64,000 nucleotides of DNA from Balanoglossus misakiensis (lineage: Eukaryota > Animalia > Hemichordata). This document shows, piece by piece, positions 37,242 through 51,071 of the stretch; the stretch's first letter is position 1, and each line of letters starts with the position of its first letter. The DNA lies in NCBI GenBank assembly GCA_040954595.2, contig CM082581.2, positions 2,038,699 to 2,102,698 on the forward strand. Reading direction: 5' to 3'. The position numbers and the translations under genes are program-made. Under the pieces are notes generated by a model. It was not told the origin of the DNA, ran no database searches, and saw nothing but the letters and a program-made list of their open reading frames with translations.

Positions 37242-40200
37242 CTGTAACATTCAACAATCAACATTTCTTTCATCAAAATATTCTCAAAATGCAATCATAA
37301 ACAGCAGTAATATAAAAGGAAAACATTGAAATCTTCATTAATGAAAAATTATGAAGCCAAAACATGATCATGTACGCCAATTTGAATACAAAATGATGAC
37401 ATCATGTTGTGAGAAAACAAAGACAACACAATCACTCTTCTCCAAGACAAAGCAGCAAGATCTCCAAAGGGCAACAGGAAAACAGAAATACAAAACCGGT
37501 GTTGGCACTCTCAGGGAAAATAGACATTGCCTGTCCATAACATTTCCAGGAATTTTCAACAACAAAAAGACAATTTGGATTCACCTCCTATTGATGTGTT
37601 GGTACCCCCTGGAAATTTAATTGTCAAAGGGGCACCTGAGTGCCCTTTAAAATGATGTTACTCACATGTTGAAGATATAACATTCCCCCTTGCCAGAGTG
37701 GAATCACCCTCAAATATTCTGGCGAAGGGGGACATATACCCCCTGCTGATACCATCCTGAATAAAACACTGTCTGAATATATATATATATATATATGGAA
37801 GAAAATGAGACAAAAGCCCCCTTAGCTCCTAATTTACAAAAACTGGGACAGTTAATGCCATAATACAAATATAAAGCAATAACAATGTTTCTAATATAAA
37901 GAACTATGGTTTAGACACCCATCCGTATTTCAAATCTCATTTGAACATTGTCATGTTATAAGATGTACCATTTTTATCATTTTCAAAGACAGTGATGATA
38001 CCGAAAAGCGTCCCCTTCTCTGTGATAGTTTTGGGAACATGCATGGATAGCTATTGACCCTGAGTGTATCACCACCAGGGGAGGGTAGAAATTCACAATC
38101 TTTCGACATTCATATATTTTCCTTTTGTCATTCTGTATACACTTTCCTTCTGTAGTTTTTCTCTAGCAATTTATGTTTTAAGTATGTGAGAAATAACACA
38201 ATAGCTTAATTACAGACACAATAATTGGTGTTCAAGAATGTGGTCGAAAAACAATTTGTTTCACTAACAACAATGACATGAATAATTTTATATCATTGCT
38301 ACAAAAATGCTGGGAGTTGTGATCGTGCCTGGGGAGTGATGACTGCTGACAGTCTAAAGCTTGAGTACCTGGGAAGGGTGCTAATTGCTCTGACTGACTC
38401 GATAACTCTACAATTAATGTGGATTAATTAAATGTTGACAGAATGAAGAGTGCAGATATGAAGTCAAGTTTGGCCCACAAAACTTCAGTTATGTGTTCCA
38501 CTATTTATGAAAAAGCAAATTAATTTAATAACTTCACGTTGCAATAGTAAACCAAGTAGTCATTACCATCACATGAATGTCGCCAAAAACCAACATGAGA
38601 ACGTGGAATGAGAATTGTGTAATATTAATTGCAGCTTCCGCAATATATTTTGTTTGACCCATTATATTTACATTTTGTGCAGGGATTGTTTTGCCATTTA
38701 TGGCTGTGTACAATCGAATCTGCAAAACTGATAACAGTTTCATAAATACTCTGTGTGCCATCATGATTCTGACAAATAGATGCTTATTTTTCTTTGTAGT
38801 GCAGCTTGTATTTACTTATTGACTTTTATACAGATACAGTCTTCAAAATCAAATGATTAGCTAGACGACGCAATACCAACAAAACTAACTTGCCAGTTGA
38901 ACTCAAGACTGCAACATCGTGATATGGTGTAATTTGTGAATGAATTTCAAGGCAATGTTAATGACACAACAATGCAATGGCTTCCCCGGAAGATAAAGAC
39001 CCACAGGTAAGTTACTTTTGAACTGAATTTACGCTGTCCGTCTCATCATGACCACCCATAATCTATCAACAGGTGTTTCAGAATAAATATCCGTCTGCTG
39101 AGATTTTTCTTGGTTCAAGTGGACTGAAACATTTGAACGACAAAATTTACAAATTACCACCCGGACAGAACGTGTCGCAGCAAAATTAAAGTTGTGAAAA
39201 CTTGACAAATTGTCGATGAAATTCAACACTGCAGACAGCAACTTGTAGACACGGCAATATATGTGTGCTCACATTTGCATGTTAGCTCCAATTGCAAGTC
39301 AGCTCAAACCAGCTCTGTGCTATGCGCGTTTTGTACGCCTAAAATATTAGTCCATGAATCTGACTTGTTCTACAAGACATCAAATGACTGTCCAAACATC
39401 TGTGGAAAGGTGAATCAGTCAGTCAGTCTATCCGTCAGTTGTGAGTGGGGTGTCTGTGTTGGATCGAGAGACTGTGAGTGGGGCACACAACTTTTAACAA
39501 TGACATCATGGAAACTGTTTGTTGTTTGTGCTGGACGTACAAAGTTTTTACTAGTAATAAATTGCTCGTCATATTTTATTATCACAATCCAAAGTTTTCA
39601 ATCTATGTCTGTATTACTGTATAGTCAATCATTCTCGAGTCTGATTAGCATCTCTTCAGTGGCTCACTCCACATAGATACCAATTACCATATCAACAGAC
39701 AATGACCTTTCTGACCTGTGCGAGTTCATTCAAGGTGACACAATTGTCGATTGTAAGCGAACAGTGTTTCAGCCGCACTCAGTTTAATGTCATGCTAACC
39801 TATGATCACTTGGCTATCAGGTTTTATTGGGCCAGTGGCATGCTTGATCTAGATGTTATTTTTGGAAGCAAAGTTGACGGCTAGATACTAGACTAGGATA
39901 GTGCATGATCACATACACGCCAAGATGAATTATTATAAACACAGAAATCATAGTGTCCTTCATAGTTGCATAGGTGTATGCAGGGACAGTTAAATTCTCT
40001 TCATCTTAATTTCATTCAAAAGCCTTGAATGCTAAATTTTCATGTTGGGATCGGTACGTAACAGCTTGAAAATGTAATTCGCCCATGCAGTCAAATTTAG
40101 ATAACAAGAAACAATGTTCTCTTTGTGTAGCCCTTATTAGAAAGGACAGGTATGGTCCCCTTTGGCCATAATGCCCTGACCATATCATCGATCACCTCAT

Positions 40201-40398
40201 GGTATCACACAAACAAACACACAAAATGTTGAGTGGTTTACGAGGGTACTCGTTCTAAGCTATTTTCTTCATGATGTTTAGAGATGGCAAAACGTTGACA
40301 ATAGCAAAGATGCTGAAAGCCAGTTACCAAACATTCTTTGAGAAATTGTGTTAAAGATGTATGATCAGTAAAATTGAACGTGTTGTTATTTCTCTTAA

Positions 40399-41193
40399 GA
40401 TGGGTCCCTGGGATCTTTTTGCCCGTTGCTATGGGCCTTTATAGGACATTACACCCCGATTTGGACTAAGCCGTTTTCAGAGTCTAACAAGGGGCTGGTA
40501 ACTAGTTGAAAATCTGCACGATTGTGAGCGCGCGCCCCCTGACGCCATTGATATGCAAATTAGCTAGGTCAAATTTCAAAAGCCTAAGGCTTTTTATTCC
40601 GTGACCTCAAAAACGAACTTGATACGTATTCATTAGTTGCTTGAACCAGGGAAGATCGTGACGGATTTTGTTTTCGAATATTATCGTTGTATCCTACGAT
40701 TTCAGCATACCCGTACCACACCTGAAAAAGTCATCGATTTTGGGTGTTTTTGGACGCACTCTTCCACTGGTATCGCTTCTTAACACGACGAAAACCGAAA
40801 AAACGATCCGTCACACTATGCGGAAGTGCGTTCTCAACAAGCAGGTCAAATTTGGCTGGCCTACGTCGCCTGTGAAAAAAGCCTTAGGGATTTTTGTGAA
40901 CGGTACAAAATCTCTGTGTACAAAACATTGGATTTTTAGCGTTCGATCCAGTTACTGTGGTTACAGGACGCGCACGCTATCGCTGACCGCTGCTTTGCCG
41001 TATTAGCGTGGCGGCCTATGGCCGGGCGGTAGCTGCCGTAAACATACTCAGACAGGGGATGTGCACACAATCGTGCGTATTTTTAACTAGTTACAAGCCC
41101 CTTGTCGGACGTTCATAACGGTTTCGATCAAAATTGAGTGTAGTGTCCTATAAAGGCCCATAGCAACGAGCAAAAAGATCCCAGGGACCCATC
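40399..41193. mobile_element. Non-autonomous DNA transposon with TTAA target duplication (Kolobok-like)
   Basis: TTAA|GATGGGTCCCTGGGATCTTTTTGC... and its inverse ending ...GGGACCCATC|TTAA; imperfect TIR longer than 100 bp. Confidence 0.8.
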
Positions 41194-41226
41194 TTAATTG
41201 TACATTTTTGGTTTCTCCTTAAATTA

Positions 41227-41581
41227 AATATGGCGTTTACTGTAATTTGAATCATGGGAAAAAAAGCGCCAGGACCAACTTCCGCCCACCATGGTGTGGG
41301 TGATACCATTCTCCGATTGGTGTCACTGGGCGACAGACTAGGCGTATTTTCATAGCTATTGTTTGTTCTTTGCATCAGTTGATAAACAATCATCAGCAAA
41401 GTCGAAAATTTGTCATCTATTGACAGTTTTCATGAGCTATAACCCATGAAAAATATGCAAATACGCTTAGCTTGTGATGCAGTGATACCAATCGGAAAAT
41501 GGTATCACCCACACCAAGGTGGGCGGAAGTTGGTCCTGGCGCTTTTTTTCCCATGATTCAAATTACAGTAAACGCCATATT
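41227..41581. mobile_element. Foldback MITE with ~100-bp TIRs
   Basis: AATATGGCGTTTACTGTAATTTGAATCATGGG... is repeated in inverted orientation. Confidence 0.78.
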
Positions 41582-44500
41582 GGAAATTCTGCCAACTTTT
41601 CTAGATTTTGTAAAAAATCGCGCGACCTATACATGGCGAATATGTTTTTTTTCTGAAAGAGTGACATCAAAGCTACCAAATTATGTAGAAATCAGCTACG
41701 CCTGATTTCCCCTTTAATAGGATAACATGGTGAAAGCAGGCGATCTGATGTCAGATGAAGCAAATTTTTCATGGTATTTTGGAGTTACTGAATGAAGCTA
41801 GACTTTGAGGATTATTTTTCAGATTTTAGGTTTGCATTTAAAAACAAAACACTTTGTTCTTTGTCCATGTAATGTCTTTAATCATTTTATATGTTTTAAA
41901 TAAAATTACCTTTTAAGTGAATTTTATTATGTGAGCAGTTTTTTGTTGATGCACGATGGGACGAAGTGTATCGGCTTGAAATATGCATTTACCGATTTGT
42001 TGCTATTGATCTGCTTTGAAATGCAGTTGCATCTCAAAGCAGATTAATAGTAACAAATTTACAGCAAAGGTGAATAAGAAGGAAAGGTCAAATCCTGACA
42101 ATGAAGGATGACCCCAGAATTGTGACCTTTGGGGTAATTTAAATATGACCCCAAAATTATTTTGCAAATATTTGCCAACAATGATGACATAATGTATGGT
42201 AATTTCTGGAAGGGTCTGCGTTAAATATATGTAAAAATACCAGGAATGTGAACTCAACTATGCAAATGTAAATGTCTGTGATGATGATGTAACGTATGCT
42301 AATAACACAGTCATGCAAATAGCAAGGAAGATATGCACTGAGAATGTGTACAAATACGTTGGAATGTTTATAGTGTGCACTTGATCTGCATTGGTCTGCG
42401 TTGTGCACACCCGTGATCTTCATAGATATACGTGCACGTATACTAACACATTGGTATGTTCCATATACGTGAATATACGTCACATATACGTGGTGCAGAT
42501 TGTAGATGTACAACTGTGCAGACTATTGTATACTTGCGCATATTCCTAATCTACGTGTCCATATACGTGAAAATACTGAATGTATATCAACCTTTTTGCC
42601 CAGTGGGGGGTATTCCGAATGTGCCCTTCCTATGATAGCTGCAAAAATTGTAGCCTAGATGGGCTGGTTGATCAAGCCCGTCAGCGATCAACCAGCCCAC
42701 CAAAGCTACAATTATTGGACCTATTCTTATGATAGCTGGATCCATAGGGTAAACTGTACAAAACAAATCATTGTCAGTATAAAATGTGGTAACTTTTGGC
42801 TTTTGTTTCTTCTCATTGAATTTCGACATCGCAAAGAAATTTTATATGTCAGTCAATACTTATAACATTGAAATATGCATGAAGTTGCACAGTTCATATA
42901 AATATTACACCACTGGCTACTAAGCTATATCATGCCACTTTTATGACCCCTTTTGACCTCCTGATCCTGGAATTTTGTTGGTGTGAGTATACAATTTCGA
43001 GTTTACCAACCACGCTATTAAATCAATGCATTTTTTCTCATCCTTGAACAAAACTGTTAAACATTGCCTGTGTTAGAAAGATTAGCTGTTGTATTTAACA
43101 TTGAATGATGAATGATGTCAAACCAACAAATCACCAGGATGTAAGGTCACACAGGGGTCATGAAAGAGGCCTGTAAGATACTCTTGTTCTCTGCCCACTT
43201 TCTAACCCTGCTGTCACTACCAGCAGCAGGAATGGGACAGGGGTCCAGGCTATATCTATAGGACTGTTTGCTAACATTAAGTGTGTTTACTTGAGTAAGT
43301 TGGGTACTATGATAGGAATTGTCACCATTACTGTAGGGGGAGACATGAGTCTACCTGGTTGATTTATATTTTACATGTTGTGCTTAGATTAATAGAAATA
43401 ATTGATGCATGGTTACTTAGGAACACTTCCATAACTAGTCTGCATTTTGCCTCTGCCAAATAGTAAAGAAAAAAAAATCAGAGAATAGGCAGAGTAGAAA
43501 CTAAGCTGCACTCCCCTAACAATAAAATGGTTTACCCGTAAGTCTAATGTGATGCATCGTGTCATTCAATTTGTGTCAATAAAATGGCAACCACTTCAGT
43601 GTTCAGTGCAAACAGTGTGTGACATACCTTTCCACCTGACCAAATCTATTAGAAACACATTTTTTGAAAAGAATTTGTTTTAAAGGGGCAGCTGCTATGA
43701 CATTTGGGATATTAACTACAGTAAAACCTGTCTGAACAGAACACTGAAGGCACTGAAGAAATTGTAAAGGTTCTTTTAATATGTGATTCTATGTCGAAGG
43801 GACTGAAACGGTGTTCAGTATAGACAGGTTTCAAGATTAGACAGGGTTTGGTTTTGACAGGTTTTACTGAAGGTTGAAAATTAATTCTATGTGGCCACTG
43901 AAGTTTCTTGTGCTACTCCCAACAATATGTTGGAACCCACAATTTATGTATAAAATACCTTCCACTAAATATTCAAATGTCACCAAAAACATTTGACTCT
44001 AAATAAATAAATAAATATATTCAATAAACACATATTTTGAAGACAAGTTGCATATTTGCTTGTAAAAGTAGTAAAATCTGTGATAGCATTACACACCCAC
44101 AGGCAATGTTGACAAGTGAAGTAAGGGTATATTAGCATGCTGTTTGGAGTTGTTTTTGTTGTTGTTGTTGTTCCTTTATTCCTCCTCGAAATGAGAAGAG
44201 TTACATCAACACATTAAATTACAGAGGTACTACTATACTAAATTATATAAGATGGCTTCCGACAAGAAGCATTTCACGGTACTAAATTCAGTTCGCAAGG
44301 CATATTTGTACAAGGTCCAGCACATTTTCTTGAAGAGTTGCTTGTTCACCAGACTCCTGGTAGTCAACCATGTAAATTCTATCTCCTAAAATATTAGCAA
44401 TGAAGGCAAGATCATTTGAGTTGTAAAGTGTTGTAGAAACAGTAATGCTCATTTTGTCGAAAAGACAGTTCCAAAAAGAGTCCCTTGCTGTTGTTGTATG

Positions 44501-46195
44501 ACATTATGACATATTAAGATAGACCAATCTAAGTTGTAAAATAAAATCATGAAAATAATGCAAAAGTGGCATCTCTTGAGATTTTATGCAAGGGCAATTG
44601 ACACATGACCCACCACACACGTACTGATAAGAAAGGGAGTATATAAGAACCACGTTGGCAAACATTTTAAGGCAAATATTGACCAGCTGTCATAAAACTG
44701 TCAGATATTTTATTGCTCTTATAGAGAATGGCCTTCACCTGTATCTGATTACATGTTGGAGTCAGTGAGACTCCATGTGTACCAGCCTCCAGTGTGTAAT
44801 TGTTATCAGCACCGCTCAAGTTAATTCATACTTATTGTATTAAAACTTAAACGTTTACTATTGTTCCTATTAGCCAACATCGATTGAATTGTTATTAATA
44901 TCAGCGTGTTCACACTCACTCATGTACTAAGTAAAGAAGTGTAAATGACATCCCTGTCCACACAAGACCACTATAAAAGTCATAAGTTTGACCTTCCATT
45001 AATTAGGTTTCTGTGACTATTCCCTAGGTATTGTTGTTTTTGATATTCTGATGGTTTAGTTTGAAGTTTATTGACATGCTGTCTGTTCAGCTTGATATGT
45101 ACAGGTACATATCAGAAGCAATTTACTATGAGTCTAAAAGATTAAATACTGTTTGTTATATTGGCTTTACGGGTATAGACTTTGACAGAAACCACTCAAC
45201 ACACTTAATTTATAGCTCAGAATGTTTGTTTAGTCGCTAGCAAATAAATAACACTCCACCACAATCAAGTAACAAACAAGCAAACACTTTTCTACCAGAT
45301 CGCGTTAAAGTCAGGAATTATCATGAGCTACAGTTTATACAGCTTTTTGGCAAATATTGTAGCAACCATGGTCCTTTTAGAGCGATAGTTTCTGAATTGC
45401 CATAAGAGGCTGTGGTATATTTGCATGTTTTAATTATTAATCAGGCAATTCAAGCTTCCGGGACACAGTACCATTCAGCACATGCGTCTCATAAATGTAT
45501 GGACATGTAAATTTTAAGTGTTACTTTGCCATGCCGATTGGCATTATTTTTTCTACTGCAGATCGCTGCCCTGCGTGAGTGTTGGGTGATTGATGGTGAT
45601 TCCCTCCGCCGTTTCGGCTTTTCGTGTAAATCACAGTCGAGGAGTTTACGTGTATTTAATGCATGTTCGCGTGTCCGCTTATTATCCAGAGACTTCAGTG
45701 GAGTCGCCTAGGTGTGACTGTCATAAGGATACCGCTCGAACAAGTATACAGTAAATCATGACATGTTGAGTAGATATTGTATTTCAAGAGATATATTTTA
45801 GAAAATTGGGCCAATGTAGCCTCTACAGGCAGAATTGTGTGTATATTGGAGAGAAAAAAATCATTCAGACTATATTACAGTTCTGTATTCAAACCCATGT
45901 CCACGATCCTATACATGCAGTGATAGGACAGGCATACATTTCAGGCTCTGTCACGTCACTGTGTCTACAGCACTTTATATAGCTATGTCAACCCAGCTGT
46001 CACATATATTGTGAATGGCTAACGCCATAACGGCATCATCCCTGTATTCTGACTATTCGTAATGGTAATAAAATAGTACTGAAATGACTGGTACGCCATA
46101 CAGCATTACAATCAACAAAAAGTAAAAAAATAAATAAAAAAGTAAACAAAAAAAACAGGAAAACATTTTTAAAATACCAATAAAATTATGAAACT

Positions 46196-49100
46196 ACTAG
46201 AAGGGGTAACGGCTGAGAAAGCGGGTAGAAAGACTTGCAAATTAAACTTAGGTGGCGCAGCTTCACCAGCAAACGTCTTCACCCAAGCGCCATTGGAATG
46301 CTAATCTCAACAACAGATTTTACCTCATTTCAAGCATCAAACTGAAAAAAAATAGCGTCAAGGACACTGTGGTCCCATTTGAGGATTATGCGGAAACAGT
46401 GACACACCAGATAAAAATTACAGGTGACATTGCTATCAGATATGATCTCACCATATAGAAATATGGAATGTAAAAAAATTAATAAGGAACATGCCCAATA
46501 AACTGTCATGTGTCATGGCAGTCTTACAACTGATGCTAGAAAAAAAATTGACCAAAAATTGTCTGTACAAACACAAATGAGAAGAAACTTCTTTCAGTCA
46601 GCCCTGGAACAGACACATGTGTTATGAAATTATATCCTAAATTTCAAAGCAATCAGAGAAAAAACAAATTTCAAAGCAATCCAACAAGCAGTTTCACAGA
46701 AAATATTTGTTCAAAAGTGGCAAAAACACAAATATGCAAATATCACCAAAATTTTGCAAATCTTACTTCAATCACTACAAGGAACATGCTGCAAAAGTTC
46801 AATGCAATATGACAAGCAGTTTCAGACAAAAAAAAATTGACAAAAATTGCAAAAGTTTCCCCGATAACACATTTATGCAGATATCCAATTTTTTTACAGC
46901 ATATTACTTAGGTTACCCCTACGAACATGCCTACCAAATTGCAAAGCCATCTGGCATGCGGTTTTAAGGGAAAAAAAATTGACCAAATATGGCAAATATT
47001 GCTCAAAATAATAAATATGCAAATTTTGCAACAATTTGAACAAGACTATGGTTACTCAGACAACCATTAGATAGATAGATAGATAGATAGTTTTATTTCA
47101 CCAGAAAGATGCATTTTACATAACTGGTGCGGACCAGGGAAGTAGTTCTAGTGGAACTAGTCGTGTCCCTGGCCCTAAATACATACAAATCATTGAAACA
47201 ATTAATATAATTGCCAATTCATATCACAAAACAATAGTTGGTAGTCAAACAACGCGGTGACAAAGTAAACAGGTTTATAAAAGAGGTTAAATTAATCTAT
47301 GCTCAACAGATACATTTTCAGAGAGCTTTTAAATAAGTTCCTTGATTGAATTGATTTTATTTGTGTAGGAATTTCATTCCAATGCTTGGCAATAGAATAG
47401 TATAAATTATTTTGAGATGAAGTAAGTTTTACTTTGGGAAGCGTAAACTTATCAGTAGAGGCAAATCTTGTAAAATATTTGTGTGATACAAATGAAGCAT
47501 AGCGATCTAGTGAGTGGGCGTAATGCCCTGCCTTTAGATCATACGCAAAAACACAAGTTTGAAATTTACAGAGTTTGTAAACATTAAGAATTCCAAGTTG
47601 CTGAAAAAGTGGTGCGCTATGTGTATTGGGGCTAGAAAATGTTATAAGTCTTACAAGTCTCTTTTGCAATTTGAAAATACAATCTAAATAGGTTTTATAC
47701 GCATTTCCCTATATTTCGATACAATACATTATATGGGGAAGGATAAGACAATTGTATAATAATAAAATTATAGACTTAGAGAGATAATGGCGTACATATG
47801 AAATAATACCGATTTTTTGGCTAACCTTCTTAAAGATAATGTTGATGTGAGACTTCCAGGATAATGATGAGTCAAGAGTAACTCCAAGATAAATAGCAGA
47901 AGAAACTTTATGTAATGGTAAATCAGAGACATATAAATCTCCCTCAGGCTTAAACTTCGCCTGGGCTGTTTTGAAAATAACATAGTTTGTTTTGTCAATA
48001 TTAATAGTAAGTTTATTTGACTTACACCAGGTCTGTACTTTAGTTAGCTCAACATTCAGAGTGGCAAGATCAATTTTGTCCTGCTTATCTGAACAAAATA
48101 AATTGGTATCGTCAGCAAATAACCTGAATTGAAAATAGTCTGAGGAACTGCAGATATCATTTATATATACTAAAAAAAGAAGTGGACCTAGAATTGATCC
48201 CTGTGGAATCCCACAGGAGATCCTTTTCGCTTTTGAAGTGCAATTATTGACCTTGACATACTGCTGTCGGTCTTCTATATAAGTCTTAAACCAATTAAGT
48301 GTGGATCCCCTAATCCCATAGTGGCATAGCTTAGCTAACAAAATTGTGTGGTTAATCGTATCAAATGCCTTTTTAAAATCAATAAAGATACCAATGGTAA
48401 CAAGACCGTTATCAATGTGCTTTGATATTTCAGTTGTGAGATCTGCTAAAGCTAACTTAGTACTATATTTCTTACGAAATCCATATTGGCTGTTAGTGAG
48501 AATATCAAATTTTTCGAAAAAAGAACACAGTTGCTTATTTACAATAGACTCATACAGCTTACTAAATATTGGCAAGACAGAGATAGGTCTGTAGTTTCCT
48601 ATTTCATGAACACAGCCCTTTTTAAAAATTGGTGTTACTCTTGCCATTTTCAGTTTCTCTGGAAAAATACCCTGTGACAAGGAAATATTAACAATATGAG
48701 CAAATGGTTCTGTAATATAATCAGCTGCTTCCTTTACAAGTTTTGGATATATTTCATCAAAACCAGCAGCTTTACAATGGTCTAATAAATTAATTTCTCT
48801 GAGTATATCACCAGAATGCACAGGATGGAAAAAGAAAGAATTAAAATGACGAATACCAAGGTAATCATTGAAATTAGTGCTACAATGTATTTGTGATGCT
48901 AGATTTTGTCCAATGTTGACAAAAAAAGAATTAAAAGCGTCAGCTATATCAATATTTTAGGAAGCTTCATACTAAATTTCAAAGAAGTAAGCCCATCACT
49001 TTGAGAAATGAAGACTTTTTATTGAATAACATAGAAAAATAAAAAAAATGCATAAAAAATAGGAAATCGATAATATTAGCTCAAAACATACAGGACTGTA

Positions 49101-49420
49101 TGAGGTTGATATAAGGTACATGCATACCAATTTTCAAATCAATATGACCAGTGGTTGTTGAGTTACCGAGTTTTGTCACATTTTCCCAGCTAATTTGCAT
49201 ATTTTTGGCAATGACAACTTCATTTGAACAAACTCCCATCTACAGCCCTGCCTGCATCTACACACCAAATATCAAGGTCATACGCGCTGTGGTTTTCAAG
49301 TTGTTGATGTGGACGGACATACAGACATACATCCATCCATACATCCATCCATACATCCATCCATACATACAGACGCAATCAATCCCATAAGGTCCCATGG
49401 TACATACCAATGGGACCTAA
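46196..49420 (+). mobile_element. Second HINE-like element family, interrupted by a LINE; 5' boundary uncertain
   Basis: (CATC/CATA)n tract followed by a terminal hairpin AGGTCCCAT...ATGGGACCT and an A-run. Confidence 0.5.
47068..48958 (-). mobile_element. 5'-truncated CR1/L2-group LINE, copy A (RT and 3' end)
   Basis: RT ORF with QYGFR, PQGS and FADD; TAG at 47709-47711; AATAAA followed by a (CTAT)n tail. Confidence 0.9.
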
Positions 49421-50621
49421 AAACGTGATAGTGTAATGAAATTTGTCAAACTTGTGGTCATTTTATTTTATCAAATGTCTGCATTTTTATCTGATTGTGG
49501 TCTTACCTTCAAATCACTTGACAAGGTAGGCGACACAATGTTGCATGCTAGGAAGGTGACGATTTTTGACTAAGAGCAGTGTTATGTTAAGCTTATTCCT
49601 ATCTCAACTTATTCCAACACAATGTTCAATGAGAACTTTTAATTGTAACAACTGACATTTCACATCAAAAGCAACACTGTTCTGGAAATGACGACAACTG
49701 TTATAAGAGGTTCATTTATGTATTTATGTATTTTGGACTGGAGACTGCTGTGCAAAATTCACCTCAATGGGCCTTAATATTAAATACACCATCAAACACT
49801 GTGTGAAATAGCCTGAATCCACCAAGGATTGTTGTGGATTCTTTCGTGGATTCTTACAGAATCCAGTAGAATCCTGAGATATCCATCGTGGATACTCAGA
49901 GAATCCACATATAATCCAATAGTGGATTCTGTCAAATACGGAACACTTTCAGAATCCACAATAGAATCCTTTACAGTATTTCAGTGGATTCTCTGTAACA
50001 GTTCCCAGAGAAATCTTTGCTTGATTTTGATGGATTCTGCATGAGAGTAATAATCGTGGGGTTACGCCCATTCCCTCAAAATTTCCCATGTGACCTTGCA
50101 GCTAGATAATGGCATTAAATATCACCGATATTTGCTGCCTTTAGTTTTAGAAAGAAAGCCACTATAATAATTGAGATATACGATCGGAATTTTGTTCAAG
50201 CGTGCTCTAGTCATGCTCTTTTGCATTGGACACGGAATGTGTAAATTCAGAACTTTTATTCCATTTACTGTTTTATTTCGATTAGGAGTACAATGGGACC
50301 TATTTGGGATGTAGTAATTTTAATTCATGTTTTATCTTTTTTATTAAGAAATGTATATGTTTGTGTTTGCAATTATGTTCGTGTTACACTAGGTTCCTTG
50401 ATTCATAATGTATTCCGGGCCGGGGCAATTGTTTCTGAGTTGTAATTGTGGTGATGGCAAACGCCTGTCTGCTTTTGAACTTTCACAGTTGAATGCTTCA
50501 ATAATAAATTCCTGACTTTGGATGAACTTCTGTGCTTGAGTTTGTACTCCTTCCAGATGACTCATTCCCGTGGGGAAACAAATAAACATACATAATGATT
50601 ACCTTTTGTTATTATGCAATG

Positions 50622-50712
50622 CTTTAGCACCTCCAACTGGTCATGCCTTTTAGCACCTCCAACTGGACATGCCTTTTAGCACCTTCAACTGGACATGCCT
50701 TTTACACCTGGA
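50622..50712. repeat. ~27-bp minisatellite, about 3.5 copies
   Basis: ATGCCTTTTAGCACCTCCAACTGG repeated. Confidence 0.75.
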
Positions 50713-51071
50713 ACTACATTTATGTGGAATTGACTTTTGTTCTGATGGAGGTCTCATGTTCCATGGCTCTAGTCACTTCATGCATTTCAATACATTTTTG
50801 ACAGGCGGATACAACTGGTCGAGAATTCTATGATCACAGTATTACATTGGTAAAGTAAATCTGATAAGTTCTAGAGAACAGAAAATTCCTCAAAGTTGTT
50901 TTGTTTTTCTGATGAGACGGTTGTTTTACCACACAAGCATTCAACCAGTTGAGGCTAGAGCATACTTTAGCAGGAAAAAATGTTACATATATTACCTTGT
51001 TATAACTCCTGGCAAGCATTGGATAATTGAACGGCTGTCCTGAGCTGGTGCGACTTGATGCGTTGTGCCAC

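Noticed and set aside
45520-45720. Candidate promoter or first exon of the Roco gene
   Set aside because: CpG-richer region with an ATG at 45532, but it reads ATG GCA AAG TAA and offers no phase-0 donor.
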